The notes: generated by a model not told the origin, from the letters alone. DNA of 64,000 bases from a candidate division FCPU426 bacterium (GCA_963840035.1 CAWIXE010000001.1:192001-256000); one strand, 5' to 3'; positions 9,937-20,835 are shown, numbered from the stretch's first letter. Numbers and translations: made by a program.

Positions 9937-10000
9937 ATTACCTCCCTTTAAATTAAAAATTATTGTAATAATGTCATGCGTCCGGATTTGGCCTTTAGTT

Positions 10001-11254
10001 CTACTCCACGGCCCCATTGATAACGCCGATAATCTCATCTATATGCTCATCCGCTGTCTTGTGCTTATTTAATTTTGTAAAGCTGCTGAAAGTCAGGTAT
10101 GTGTCTGATACCACCTTTTTTTCATCCTCCGGATACGGGCCGCTTAAGCCGGTCATCCAGCCGTCTTTGTCGTCATTGTATAAATATTTAAAGAGGTATA
10201 CCCTTACATTTTCTCCCCTGTCCTTTATTATTTTTGCCTTCACAAGCTCTATCTTATCCGGCGGCCTTCCAAACTCTGTGGGGTATTTCAGCCACTCTGC
10301 CATGTTTGATTCGGCAAATAATAACTGTGTGCGGTATTTTTCCGGGAATTTTTCATACCACCCGCCCTCGGTTAAAAGCCTGTATAAAGTCACCCTTATG
10401 CCCGGGTCTGCCGCAAGCTTTTCCATGGTCTTTTCAGGGACATCCCCGCCCAGCTTAAGCAGCGATACAGCGGAGAACATGGCCACGGAAGAATTTTTAT
10501 CCCCTGAATATTCTACAAGAAGCTCCTTTACAGCCGCGTCTCCCGGCAGGCATCCCAACACATCCACTATCACCTCTATCATGGAACAGGCGACGGCATA
10601 CTCTTCGGAAGAGGCTTTAAATTTTGCCCTCTTTGCCGCGGCAGACTTCAGATCCGCAATTATTTTGTCCCTTGCCTGCGCGTAAACGGAACACGGCAGG
10701 CTTCCCTGCCTCATGAGTTCGAGTGAATTCGTGTATATTTCATATTTGTAAGACTCCTTATCCAGAAGCGCGAAAAGCGCCGGATAAAGCTCAGCCGCAT
10801 GCCGTGTTTGTTTATTAAAAGGAATGAAGTTAATGCCGGGCTTATGCTCTATTAACAGCGTGACCATGGTCCTTATCGAGTCCCTGGTATCCAAATCCGA
10901 GAGCACGCCGAGGGCTTTTCCCTTTATGTCGGGGTTATTTGGCAGCTGTGTAAATATCCCCGCGATAAACCCCACAGACGAGTTGTCCTTAAGAGCGCTT
11001 ATCTTCCCGAGCAAAACAGCCTTTGTGGACGAGGATGTTTCCGCGTCATCAGGGTAAACAGCCTTAACAGCGGCGCAAAGTTCAGGCAAATCACCCCTGG
11101 AAAAAGCCTGAGCCTCCAGCCTGGTTTTCGCCGCTTTCCGCGCGGCCGCGTCAGTTGATGCAAGGTCTGAAAGAAATGAGTTGTCATGCCTGCCGCAGCC
11201 CGCGAGGGCAAACAGGGATAAAATCACAACAAACGCTTTTGCTAAATTTTTCAT
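10001..11254 (-). CDS. HEAT-repeat-like lipoprotein
   Basis: LAGC lipobox; helical repeats; C-terminal WLKYPTEFGRPPDKIEL motif. Confidence 0.6.
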   Translation of the reverse strand: MKNLAKAFVVILSLFALAGCGRHDNSFLSDLASTDAAARKAAKTRLEAQAFSRGDLPELCAAVKAVYPDDAETSSSTKAVLLGKISALKDNSSVGFIAGIFTQLPNNPDIKGKALGVLSDLDTRDSIRTMVTLLIEHKPGINFIPFNKQTRHAAELYPALFALLDKESYKYEIYTNSLELMRQGSLPCSVYAQARDKIIADLKSAAAKRAKFKASSEEYAVACSMIEVIVDVLGCLPGDAAVKELLVEYSGDKNSSVAMFSAVSLLKLGGDVPEKTMEKLAADPGIRVTLYRLLTEGGWYEKFPEKYRTQLLFAESNMAEWLKYPTEFGRPPDKIELVKAKIIKDRGENVRVYLFKYLYNDDKDGWMTGLSGPYPEDEKKVVSDTYLTFSSFTKLNKHKTADEHIDEIIGVINGAVE

Positions 11255-11450
11255 AATGCCTCCCGTAATTATTAAACCGTTTTCTGACGCCATTTTGGCC
11301 TTTGTTTGGTTTTTATTAATTAAAAACCCGTGCCTGTCTCAAACCAACGCTGAGACGCCCACGGGCCGTGCCATGAACCCTTGTGGTTCATGGTGGCGTC
11401 TCTGCGGTTTATACAAAACACCATGTCTTATATTTGCCGTTTATTATTTA

Positions 11451-11852
11451 TTAATCAATATCCATTACTTCCATTTTTTCTTTTCTTATGCCCTGCAGTA
11501 TAAGCAGCCCGGCGCCGGTAAAGATGAAGGGGCAGAGTTTATACGGCAGGAAGTCTATTTTATAGCCGGTGAATACTGAAAGCACTGACATGGCCAGCAG
11601 CATTATGAATATCATTATATAAACAGCCTTTGCCACAGCCGCGCCTTTTTGCTCTATCGCGGCGGTTACTATCGCAAGCAATCCGAGGAATATAAGGGTC
11701 AGCCCTTCATTTATCCATTCCATGGTTATAACCAGCGAGTTGTCAGGGGAAATATTCCCGAACCCCGCCACGACGTTTCCGGTGGGAAAAAGATGCGATA
11801 CCCCCCATGCAAGCGCTAAAAATCCGCCTATGAAAACAAGAATTTTCCGCAT
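11451..11852 (-). CDS. Small four-TM membrane protein
   Basis: WGVSHLFPT..MEWINEG..KLCP; four hydrophobic segments. Confidence 0.7.
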   Translation of the reverse strand: MRKILVFIGGFLALAWGVSHLFPTGNVVAGFGNISPDNSLVITMEWINEGLTLIFLGLLAIVTAAIEQKGAAVAKAVYIMIFIMLLAMSVLSVFTGYKIDFLPYKLCPFIFTGAGLLILQGIRKEKMEVMDID

Positions 11853-11976
11853 TGTATGAACCCTCCCCGAAGTTGATGGGTAATTATAACAAAAACGGCG
11901 CGCCTGGACAATAGCGCCGTTTTTAAAGTTATTATAAGGAAACGCGTGTAAGCCTTGTATGCCCTTATTCCCCTAT

Positions 11977-14900
11977 TTATTTATTCTGTCTTAAAACTAT
12001 TAATTTCCCGGGTTTTGCCGCGTCTTTTTTCCCTGTTTTTGACCTGCCTTCCACCGTTAAAAAATAGACACCTGACGCCAGCTTTCCAAAATCATCCGCC
12101 GGTATTATGGCCGTGTTTTCCATGTCGTTTGACGCGCCGAAATCATGCTCTAAAACCAGCCTGTAAGAAACTGTATAAAGCCTGATTGTTATGCTCTCCG
12201 CCGGTTGGGAAATAATGAACCTGACCTTAAGGCCGCCGGCATCTTGGCAATACGGGTTTGGAAATATGACAGCGCCGGTAATTGTGAAAGTCTCTTTCCA
12301 CGCGTCCGGCGCGGGTGTGGATGTGCGCGTCGCGGTAGGCGACTGGCTTGGCTCCGGGGTATTTGTATTGGATAAGGCCGGAGTTGGAGTCGGCGTGGCT
12401 GTCATCACCGGGGTCAACGTAAGGGTAAATGTTCCTGTTTCATCCGGGCTTGCCGTCATGCTCGGAGTTATGCTCTGAGTTTCCGTCGCGGTTATTGTGT
12501 AAACCGGCGTGAATGTATGCGTCAATGACGCGGTCATGGTAAGAGTCGGCGTGTCTGCCCCGTCCGGCGGCGTGGCTGTCCGCGTGATGGTGGGGCTGTA
12601 CTCTACTGTGGATGTGGCAGTTTCAGTTGAGGAATTTGTAATGGTCCCTGTGGCCGTGGCTGTATGAGTGCCGGTTGCGGTTAGTGTAACCGTGGCTGTG
12701 CCGCTCGTGGTGGCAGTGGCTGTCGCGGAAAAAACCTCTGTCTGCGTCAGGGTCGGCGTGGGGCTGTATGTTGTCTGCGTTTGTGTGTTTGTCGCCGTGA
12801 AATACGGCGACGCGGTCGCGGTCGGCGCTGTTGCTGTCGCGGTGGCCGTATTTGTGCGTGTCATGGTCATGCTCGGTGTTGCAGTCCCTGTGGCTGTCAT
12901 GGACCTAGTCAGGGTGTATGTCGGCGTATACGTCGCGGTGCGTGAAGATGTCCATGTATGGGTCAAAGTCACCGTCACTGTCGCTGACTTTGTCGGCGTA
13001 AATGTGCTGCTTATCACAGGAGTGAATGTCGGCGTCATAAAACCGCATGTATCCTCAAATCTCCATACCGCCATATTCTCGCGGCCCAAAGCGTCCGAAG
13101 CCGAACCCGCCACGACTATCCTTGCGGAGCCGTCTATTAAAATCGCCCTTCCATATTCCTGCAGGCCCCCGGCAATTCCTTTGCCTGTAATAATGCCGGT
13201 CCCGTTAAAAGTCGTATCCGGGCTCCCGTCTTCATTGAGCCTCCATATTATCATGTCAAAATTACCCGCGCCATTTAAGCTGCGGCCGCATATCAGGTAT
13301 TTTCCGTTTGCGTCCTGCGCTATGCCGTAGCCGCTGTCATCACCGCCGCCGCCCGCCGCGCCATCAGAAGTATAAAACCCTTTGCCGTTAAAGGAGGTGT
13401 CAGGCGTGCCGTTATTATTAAACCTCCACACGGCCATGTCATAGTTCCCGTTTGCGCCGAAACTTTCACCCGCCACGACTATCTTGTTATTTCTGTCTAT
13501 GATCACCTTATAAGCGTCGTCATTGCCGCTGCCGCCCGCCGCGCTGTTATGCGTTGCGTATCCCACGGCGTTAAACGTAGTGTCTATCGTGCCGTTTGTA
13601 TTATACCTCCATATTGCCATGTTAAAACCTGCCCCCACTGACGGGATGCCCGATCTTCCTGCTATGACAATTTTTCCCGCGGCGTCAACTGCCACGCTGC
13701 TTCCCCTGTCATCGGATTCAGCGCCGCTGCCTGAGGCGTTAAAGTTCGATACGTAACCGCTTGCCGGATTAAATCCCGCGGTATCCCCTAGTCCGGTGTT
13801 TAAGTACCTCCATGTCCTCATGCTTAAGTCTATGTCTGCTGTGGCGTCCCTGTCCACGGAGCCGGTCACGATGACCCTGTCGCTTGCGTCCACAGCCGCG
13901 TCCCTTGCTTCATACGGCCCTGCTGAACCGCTCATGCCTGTCCCGAGTTCAAGCCAGCCGTCTGTTAAGTACCTCATCCAGCGCATCGCGGCGCCGTCAT
14001 TCATCCCCGCGGCGATTATCCTGCCTGTCATGTCAAAGGCAAGGCCGTAAAGGATGTTCGCGCCAGTCCCTGCTCCGTCGTATGTCACATACCCGGTGGA
14101 ATTAAATCCCGTATCAAGCGCGCCGCCGGCGTCATACTTCCATATGGCCCAGCCCGGCCTGCCTGCAACCGCGCCGCTCCTGGCCCCTCCCAAATATATC
14201 TTGCCCGCGGCGTCCATTATCATGTCATTGGCGTATGAGTACAGCTCAGTCCCCAGCCCGATATTGCTCACTGCCATGCCATCCGCGTCAAATGAAGTAT
14301 CAGGCGCGATGCACCCGCTTGTGGGCGCCAGTGTGGGAAGCGGTGTCCTCGTCCCGGTGGAGGTTATGGTGGCGGTGGCAGTAAATGTTTCCGTGGCTGT
14401 GTATGTCCGCGTGCTCGTGCCGGTAAATGTCGGTGTCATGGTCACGGTATAAGTCATGCTTGACGTGGATGAATCCGTGACTGTCGGAGTTATGGTTTTT
14501 GTGGATACCACGCCCGTGATAACGGCGCTGGCTGTATTGCCTGCCCTGGTCTCAAAACCGTCGGAGTCAACGGCTTTCACATAATAGTAATAAGCCTGGC
14601 CCGAGTCCACATCCCAGTCATCATATGTAAGGCCGGCAATTGCCGCGGTATTTATTTTTATGAAAAGCCCTCCGGCGTTTGTGCTCCTGTATATGTTGTA
14701 GCCAGCTGTCGGCGTGTGATAAAGCGGCGGCGCCTCCCATATAAGCCCGGCCTTTCCCACGCTGCCTGTGATGGCCAGGTTTTCAGGCGGCACGAGGGTT
14801 TTCATGCACTCATAAAAATTCATCCTTCCGTATCCCATATCATTGCTGCGTGTCCCGTAATTTTTGCCGGCCACAACAGCGTACGGCGATGAGCCCACCT

Positions 14901-16068
14901 TATCGCACGTCCTGGCAATCCTGGCGAAACATTCCGTGTTTGAAACGCCGTTGGATATCAATACCGCGGCCAGCCCGGCAACCTGGGGCGAGGTGAGCGA
15001 AGTCCCCGCGCCCGACCCGTATGTCGTGCTGCCGGAAGCGCCCGCCATGTACAGGTCCTGTACAGGCGCCCAGTTTCCGCCTGAGGCCACAAGCCCCAGG
15101 TTGGATGAGTAATTTGAAAAGTCAGACCTTTCGTCGCCTTCCGTTGCGGAGCCCACGCTTATGACATCCGTAAGCGACGCCGGATAAAACGGAAGAGGGC
15201 TCCCGTCATTCCCGGAGCCCGCCACGATGACACAGCCCTTAGTGTATATGGCATAGTTACACGCCACCTGTTCCATGATGTTATAAGTGCTTTGCCCGAG
15301 TGACATGTTTATGACCTGCGCGCCGCTGTCGGCCGCCCAGTATATGGCCTGTATTACGCTCGCGGAGGTCATAGCCCCGGCGTTGTCGACTTTAACCGGC
15401 CTGATCTTCGGGTTAACGGCGACCCCGGCAATGCCGGTCCCCGCCGCGGTCCCGTTATTGACCTGCCCGGCAGCCAGGCTCCCGACAAAAGTTCCGTGCG
15501 GCATGGTGTCGGGTGTGTTTGTGGTCCCCAGGACTATATCCCATCCCGTAATGAATTTATTGGCCACGTCCACATGCGCGGTATTTAAGCCGGTGTCTAT
15601 CACGCATATCACCGTGCTTGTGACGCCCCTGCTCCACGAGCTCATATTGCCCGCGGGCTCATTCCACGCCCTGTCCACCTGCATCTTGCTCAGATGCCAC
15701 AGGTTCATGGCCCCGGAGCCGTCCTGATAAAAACTGTCGTTGGGATATGCCATGGGAGCGTATGTCATGAGGGTTTTTACATAGCTGTTAAGCGAGACGT
15801 ATTTTATATCCCTGATTTTTTCCAGGCTTGATTTGGTTTTGATTGCGTCCGCGCCAGTGGTTATTTTCACCAGATACCCGTTCATCTGCCGTATCTCCCG
15901 GACCGCCTTCAACCCCGCCTTTTTCATGATCTCAGAGGCTTTTGAATGGGAGACACATTCGTGGAAGGATATGATGAGCTCATCTTTTACGTAATCATCA
16001 TTGCCGGCGGCAAAAACAGGCAGCAGCATAAAGATAAATAGCATGATAAGTAATGTTTTTTTGCCCAT
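11977..16068 (-). CDS. Secreted S8 subtilase with FN3, delta-60-like repeats, Thr-rich linker and T9SS-like C-terminal domain
   Basis: Catalytic motifs VIDTG, HGTFVG, GTSLTSP; FN3 GYNIYRS..YYYYVKAVD; repeated R(Y/F)N.NG..DT.FN; FPNP..LASGVYFL. Confidence 0.85.
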   Translation of the reverse strand: MGKKTLLIMLFIFMLLPVFAAGNDDYVKDELIISFHECVSHSKASEIMKKAGLKAVREIRQMNGYLVKITTGADAIKTKSSLEKIRDIKYVSLNSYVKTLMTYAPMAYPNDSFYQDGSGAMNLWHLSKMQVDRAWNEPAGNMSSWSRGVTSTVICVIDTGLNTAHVDVANKFITGWDIVLGTTNTPDTMPHGTFVGSLAAGQVNNGTAAGTGIAGVAVNPKIRPVKVDNAGAMTSASVIQAIYWAADSGAQVINMSLGQSTYNIMEQVACNYAIYTKGCVIVAGSGNDGSPLPFYPASLTDVISVGSATEGDERSDFSNYSSNLGLVASGGNWAPVQDLYMAGASGSTTYGSGAGTSLTSPQVAGLAAVLISNGVSNTECFARIARTCDKVGSSPYAVVAGKNYGTRSNDMGYGRMNFYECMKTLVPPENLAITGSVGKAGLIWEAPPLYHTPTAGYNIYRSTNAGGLFIKINTAAIAGLTYDDWDVDSGQAYYYYVKAVDSDGFETRAGNTASAVITGVVSTKTITPTVTDSSTSSMTYTVTMTPTFTGTSTRTYTATETFTATATITSTGTRTPLPTLAPTSGCIAPDTSFDADGMAVSNIGLGTELYSYANDMIMDAAGKIYLGGARSGAVAGRPGWAIWKYDAGGALDTGFNSTGYVTYDGAGTGANILYGLAFDMTGRIIAAGMNDGAAMRWMRYLTDGWLELGTGMSGSAGPYEARDAAVDASDRVIVTGSVDRDATADIDLSMRTWRYLNTGLGDTAGFNPASGYVSNFNASGSGAESDDRGSSVAVDAAGKIVIAGRSGIPSVGAGFNMAIWRYNTNGTIDTTFNAVGYATHNSAAGGSGNDDAYKVIIDRNNKIVVAGESFGANGNYDMAVWRFNNNGTPDTSFNGKGFYTSDGAAGGGGDDSGYGIAQDANGKYLICGRSLNGAGNFDMIIWRLNEDGSPDTTFNGTGIITGKGIAGGLQEYGRAILIDGSARIVVAGSASDALGRENMAVWRFEDTCGFMTPTFTPVISSTFTPTKSATVTVTLTHTWTSSRTATYTPTYTLTRSMTATGTATPSMTMTRTNTATATATAPTATASPYFTATNTQTQTTYSPTPTLTQTEVFSATATATTSGTATVTLTATGTHTATATGTITNSSTETATSTVEYSPTITRTATPPDGADTPTLTMTASLTHTFTPVYTITATETQSITPSMTASPDETGTFTLTLTPVMTATPTPTPALSNTNTPEPSQSPTATRTSTPAPDAWKETFTITGAVIFPNPYCQDAGGLKVRFIISQPAESITIRLYTVSYRLVLEHDFGASNDMENTAIIPADDFGKLASGVYFLTVEGRSKTGKKDAAKPGKLIVLRQNK

Positions 16069-16211
16069 TTTTTCTCCCCAACAAAGTTAAAACCCTTACA
16101 TATATTATGACAGAATCCGCGGTTTTTTGTTCCGTTTTTTGAATTAAATAAAGGCAAAAAGCCGGAAAAAGGCGTGATAACAAGCGGATCAACAATAAAC
16201 ATGATGGTTCC

Positions 16212-16443
16212 CGCAGCCGCAAGCCTGCGTCCCACCGGCATATGTCATGAGCTCAATAATATTCTCATGCCATATACTTATCGAATGGCGTGTGCCTATT
16301 AAAGGTATCCCCCCTCAAACCGCCGACAGTCCCTGTGACGGCATATCAATGGTTTCGCGCAAGGGCAAACGTCGAATAGGCGCACCCCGCTGATACGAAT
16401 CCGTCTTCGCTCAAGCTATGACGGACATATGGGGTGCGGCTGC
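16212..16443. repeat. GTAGTCGCA-family REPIN with both micro-inserts
   Basis: Homologous to 3303-3531. Confidence 0.8.
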
Positions 16444-16474
16444 TAAATCCGTAAGTTGTCGATTCCAGTACTTT

Positions 16475-17350
16475 TTATCTTCTTTTTCTTATCAGCTTGA
16501 TCGGACCGGCAAGAAATTCCTCAATGACCTCAGCGACGTTAGACAATTTTTCAGGCGCGATTTTGATATTGTTCTTATTCAGAAAAACCCGCCAGAGTTT
16601 CTTCATGCCGGACCCTTGGTCGTATATTTCTTCCGCGAAAATTTTTTTACCTTCAGGCAAACCTGTTTTCCTGTGTTCAAATGTCCTTTCAAGCGCCTTT
16701 GCCAGCTGTTCCGGTTTGAAATCAAATTTACGTATCAGAAGCCATACGTCATAAAAATCCTTCATCCTGCTGTTTAAAGCGCCGAGTTTAATCATCGCCT
16801 CAAATTTTTCTGCTATCACAGTTTCAGGCGGGTATCCTTTCAGCTTCGGCGCCGGGAAATCAAGGAAAACAGGGTAATCTATTTCACCGGGTTCCGGATA
16901 TACAATATCGCCAAATCCAAAATCTACCTGCAAAGGTATGCGCGTACGTTCTATAAATCCGGTAAACCTGACCCGGATACCCGAATAATCGTCGTTTTCT
17001 TTTATCTTTGCCGCTTTTAATGTATGTGTGTAAAAAACTATCCCGTCGTCGCCGGTTTTTATGGCGCAAATTTCCTTTACAACCCCGGTTATTTCTTCAA
17101 TTGTATTGCCGTAACACCCGAGAAAATCAACGTCCAGGGTCTTCCTTCTGCCTGCAACATTCCAGGCTGAAAACATAAGCGCGCCTTTTAAGATAAACTT
17201 TCCGCTGTATTTCGACTTGCTGAACCTGTATAGAAATCTTTCAATGCCATAATACTGCAGAATCTCGGCATAGGGGGTTTTTGTTTTTTCCGCTATGTTA
17301 AGCAGCCTTACCTTGACAGACTCCGGCATGTTCACAACGGGCTTTTTCAC
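16475..17350 (-). CDS. abiEii: AbiEii/AbiGii nucleotidyltransferase toxin (type IV TA)
   Basis: ERFLYR..ILKGALM..R.TLDVDF; AEKFEAM..NSRMKDFYD. Confidence 0.9.
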   Translation of the reverse strand: MKKPVVNMPESVKVRLLNIAEKTKTPYAEILQYYGIERFLYRFSKSKYSGKFILKGALMFSAWNVAGRRKTLDVDFLGCYGNTIEEITGVVKEICAIKTGDDGIVFYTHTLKAAKIKENDDYSGIRVRFTGFIERTRIPLQVDFGFGDIVYPEPGEIDYPVFLDFPAPKLKGYPPETVIAEKFEAMIKLGALNSRMKDFYDVWLLIRKFDFKPEQLAKALERTFEHRKTGLPEGKKIFAEEIYDQGSGMKKLWRVFLNKNNIKIAPEKLSNVAEVIEEFLAGPIKLIRKRR

Positions 17351-17949
17351 ATTATCGCCTCCAGCACCGGTTTTACCAGCCTGTCAACCCTGCATATTTT
17401 CGCGTATTTAAGTATTTCCGCCGGTTTTATCCCTTTATCCAGTACGGCTGTTTTAAGCGCCGCCCTTGCCGTGTCCTCTCCTATCTTGTTCCTGAATTTA
17501 TAACAATCCGCGACTGTTTTCGCAAGGCTGTATATCCGTATTTTCCGGCCGTCAATATCATGCTCCTCGATCCCCGCTCCCCAAGCCGCGGGTGAAAATC
17601 TGTAAAATTTTACGGGAGGGTGCTTAATTTTTATCGAAAACGCGCTTTTTTTTATCGCCACATCCACATGCGCCGGAACATCAAGCGTTGCCTCGTAATA
17701 ATACAGCGCCGATATGAGGCATATTACACCGTCCGGCGCTTTAATAGAGACTATGGTAAGATCGGGATTTGTAAGCGTATTTTTTCCGGGCAGGCTGTAC
17801 AGGGCTCTGTCACTTTTCTTAATCTGTTTATTTTTTATCCCGGACCTTATATATGATTTATCAAACCCGGCTTTTATTATCTCCGCATATCCGGCAACAC
17901 CGCCTTTTTCTCTTATAAATTTAATCAGCCTTGCTTCTTTATCGCTCAT
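17347..17949 (-). CDS. abiEi: AbiEi-family antitoxin / transcriptional regulator
   Basis: GVICLISALYYY..IYSLAKTVADCYKFRNKIG; 4-bp overlap with the toxin gene. Confidence 0.88.
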   Translation of the reverse strand: MSDKEARLIKFIREKGGVAGYAEIIKAGFDKSYIRSGIKNKQIKKSDRALYSLPGKNTLTNPDLTIVSIKAPDGVICLISALYYYEATLDVPAHVDVAIKKSAFSIKIKHPPVKFYRFSPAAWGAGIEEHDIDGRKIRIYSLAKTVADCYKFRNKIGEDTARAALKTAVLDKGIKPAEILKYAKICRVDRLVKPVLEAIM

Positions 17950-17967
17950 TTCACTTTTCCCCTTTTT

Positions 17968-18013
17968 CTATATAGTTATATATAAGTATATAGTTTTAGG
18001 TTGTGTTTGTCAA
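17968..18013 (-). promoter_or_regulatory. abiE promoter with near-palindromic operator
   Basis: Minus strand TTGACA-17-TATACT; ctatatagttatatataagtatatag (2 mismatches) covers the -10 box. Confidence 0.7.
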
Positions 18014-18031
18014 GCCTATCTATGCCGTCTC

Positions 18032-18110
18032 GTAGAGCCGCCACCGTTCGATACGCATATATCGTGAGTTTATTATAGAGTTCACGGCATATGCAATCAG
18101 CGGCTCTACA
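18032..18110. repeat. GTAGAGCCG REP with 48-bp micro-insert
   Basis: gtagagccgc..insert..gcggctctac. Confidence 0.75.
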
Positions 18111-18134
18111 AAATCATAAATACACCTTTTGTAT

Positions 18135-18941
18135 TTACCGCCTGATTTTCCGCAGCGTAAAGGGCTCGCCGGGCGCCAGCACGCGCGCGCGTTTTGGATT
18201 TATGATACGCTTGATTAATTCTTTTGGGTCGCCGTTAAACGGCGTGAAGTCCGGCGCGTCTACAGATCCCCAGTGGCAGAGCAATAGCGGAGTATCGGGG
18301 TAATTGTCAGCCAGCTTGATTGCTCCTTCGAGCCCAAAATGCCATTCATTATCCGAAAAATCAAAAAAGATGGCGTCAGGCGCCCGCATCTCCAGGTGTT
18401 CCCGCATCAGGCGCGAATCCCCCGTCGCCCAGATAACGCCGTCCGGCGTCTCTATCAGGAACCCGCAGGCATCCCCGGCCCCAAAAAATCTTTTACTTCC
18501 GGAGGATTCATTCTGCCAGGCATGATCCGCCGGCGTCAGCCTGACGCCGACATTTTTTATATTGAAAACCCCGCCAATTTCATGGCCGTATGAAGGCAGA
18601 TTTTCACCATTCATAAGCGAATCCACATATAAGGTGGAGTGATATTCGCGGGTTACGGATGAGAGTTTTTTGCATGTAGGGATGCTATAGTGGTCGTTAT
18701 CGCTGTGGGTAATAAGGACAGCATCAAGCCCGGGTACATCCTCGGCCTTAATCGGCGGGTCAATTAATAGCGGCATGTCAAACCCGGTCAACACCGGGTC
18801 AACCATCAGCCGTGTCCCGCGGCTGTTAATAAAAAACCCGGCAAGCCCAAGCCAGCGTATCACAGTGCCGTCGCCTGCGCTGAATGCGTTTGCGTCAAAA
18901 AATCGGGATGAAGGAGCTTTAGCCTGACGTTTTTTTTTCAT
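18135..18941 (-). CDS. MBL-fold metallo-hydrolase (UlaG-like)
   Basis: THSDNDH motif, ADH, TGDS, CHWG. Confidence 0.85.
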   Translation of the reverse strand: MKKKRQAKAPSSRFFDANAFSAGDGTVIRWLGLAGFFINSRGTRLMVDPVLTGFDMPLLIDPPIKAEDVPGLDAVLITHSDNDHYSIPTCKKLSSVTREYHSTLYVDSLMNGENLPSYGHEIGGVFNIKNVGVRLTPADHAWQNESSGSKRFFGAGDACGFLIETPDGVIWATGDSRLMREHLEMRAPDAIFFDFSDNEWHFGLEGAIKLADNYPDTPLLLCHWGSVDAPDFTPFNGDPKELIKRIINPKRARVLAPGEPFTLRKIRR

Positions 18942-19069
18942 AGTTTTTATCCTATCCCATCGGAATTGGTATCAGACATTGGGTTAATTCACGATTCTAT
19001 TAACTCGGGGTCTGGTGCATTTTTATTTTTTGTAGAGACACAGCTTGCTGTGTCTCGCCTTCATTTTAA

Positions 19070-19287
19070 GTAGTCGCAGGCCTACGCTCCACCGGCCTGC
19101 GCCTATTTAAGGCCTTCTTACCCTCAAACCATCGGCAGTCCCCTCGAGGGCGTGTCAATGGTTCGCGCGCAGGCAATCCGTGAATAGGCGCACCCCGGTA
19201 CTGCGAATCCGTCTTCGCTAAAGCTTCGACGGACATATGGGGTGCGGCTACGAAATTCATCAGGTATCAGGTCAAGACCTGACCCCA
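19070..19287. repeat. GTAGTCGCA REPIN followed by a caggtcaagacctgacccc palindrome
   Basis: Near-identical to 20629-20814. Confidence 0.85.
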
Positions 19288-19362
19288 TCTTTTGCTTATG
19301 AAGATTATTATACCCCTTTAGGGAAAGGGGATCAAAGTTAAACTGCGCGCCCGTAATTACCG

Positions 19363-19782
19363 CTATTTCCTGTTTTCCAGTATCGCAGATAGTATTACAT
19401 AAGCTTCCTTTGTATCTTCAACAATCTTATGCGCGTCATTTGGCTTTACAAGGCGTTCCTCATATTCCGCCATGTTTTTAATTCTGAGCACGGCGGCGTA
19501 TTTTTTTGATATTTTGTCAGCTGTGTCCCTTCCAATTCCATTCACCATATTTATAAGTTTCACCGCGTCTTCATGCCGTTCCCCGGAATGCCTGAGCCCG
19601 AGTTTTGCCGTGGTTAATGCGTCCACAAGCGATATAAAACAATGCACCGCATTTGAAGCGGCGCTGTTATAATCTTTTTCAACCATGGAATGTTCGGCGG
19701 ATTTGATGAATTCAGAGGCCTTTTTCAGGTAATTGCCGGACAGCATTTTATCGACCGGTTTCGTATTTATTTTATTTGTCAT
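19363..19782 (-). CDS. HEPN-domain protein (putative toxin)
   Basis: YLKKASEF..AVH..DAL..H..R.KN.AEY pattern; downstream of the MNT gene. Confidence 0.8.
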   Translation of the reverse strand: MTNKINTKPVDKMLSGNYLKKASEFIKSAEHSMVEKDYNSAASNAVHCFISLVDALTTAKLGLRHSGERHEDAVKLINMVNGIGRDTADKISKKYAAVLRIKNMAEYEERLVKPNDAHKIVEDTKEAYVILSAILENRK

Positions 19783-19805
19783 CTTCCCCCCCTATATTTT
19801 AAGCC

Positions 19806-20393
19806 TTAAATAATTACTATTCCCTTTTCAGCCTCAGCCACAACCGCCAGCTTATTCCTTTTTGAACCGTATTCCTTCACGGTTAGTATATAAGGCGCTA
19901 GCTGGTTTCCGAAAATCTTCACGCATTCCAGCCCCGCGTCCCCGAGTGACTTATCCAGGGCTTCTTTTGCCGCTTCATCCTTCACAACCACAAAAAGGTC
20001 TATATCACTGTCGGGTTTTTCCTTTGCCTTTGATACGGATCCGAAAATTCGGGCACTGACGATGCCGGGTGACTTTAGCCTTTTTATGAGGAATTTTTTA
20101 AGGTCATTCATCGGTTCGATCGCGGTTATATCGCTTATTACCGGCTTTAGTTTGCCGTAAAGGTAGCTTTCCTCATTCGCCGACCAGGAAAAGGTCCGTC
20201 CGTATCTTCTTAACTTCACAAGGTTTATATTATAAAAATACTTCATATTCCGGTTCACCGACATATGCGACAGCCCGGTCATGCGCGCCAGCTCCCGCCC
20301 GTTAGCCTCAAACCCGGGAGAAAACAGGTGTTTAAGAATCCTGAGCTTAACCTCCGACCCTATCATCTTTTCATAATCTTCATTAAACCGCAT
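19806..20393 (-). CDS. HTH + minimal nucleotidyltransferase (MNT) antitoxin
   Basis: GRELARMTGLSH HTH; IFGS-x10-DID motif. Confidence 0.85.
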   Translation of the reverse strand: MRFNEDYEKMIGSEVKLRILKHLFSPGFEANGRELARMTGLSHMSVNRNMKYFYNINLVKLRRYGRTFSWSANEESYLYGKLKPVISDITAIEPMNDLKKFLIKRLKSPGIVSARIFGSVSKAKEKPDSDIDLFVVVKDEAAKEALDKSLGDAGLECVKIFGNQLAPYILTVKEYGSKRNKLAVVAEAEKGIVII

Positions 20394-20416
20394 GCGCAGC
20401 TCCTTTATATTACCTC

Positions 20417-20455
20417 ATTTGTTACAATTGTAACAAATATGTTCCATAAAGTAAA
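20417..20455 (-). promoter_or_regulatory. mnt-hepn promoter with perfect 22-bp palindromic operator
   Basis: atttgttacaattgtaacaaat overlaps the -10 box of TTTACT-17-TACAAT. Confidence 0.75.
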
Positions 20456-20628
20456 CAATATTCTTGAACCATCAGGTTTCAGGTCAAGACCTGGCACCAT
20501 CTTTTTTAATGAATGCTCTATATTTTATTCGTATTTTTTATGCAGGCCCCGCCCTGAGACGCCCACGGGCCGTGCCATGAACCCTTGTGGTTCATGGTGG
20601 CGTCTCCACAAAAACACAAACGGTTTAA

Positions 20629-20814
20629 GTAGTCGCAGGCCTACGCTCCACCGGCCTGCGCCTATTTAAGGCCTTCTTACCCTCAAACCATCGGCAGTCC
20701 CCTCGAGGGCGTGTCAATGGTTCGCGCGCAGGCATTCGTTCCATAGGCGCACCCCGGTGAAACGAAGGGGTGCGACTACGATATTCATCAGGTATAAGGT
20801 CAAGACCTGACCCC
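20629..20814. repeat. GTAGTCGCA REPIN (empty allele) plus palindrome
   Basis: Direct repeat of 19070-19287 lacking the tccgtc..catat insert. Confidence 0.85.
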
Positions 20815-20835
20815 GTTTTTTTTAATCAATCGTTT

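Noticed and set aside
12191..14452. Val-rich plus-strand ORFs (also opposite the other Thr-rich genes)
   Set aside because: Antisense shadows of Thr (ACN) tracts
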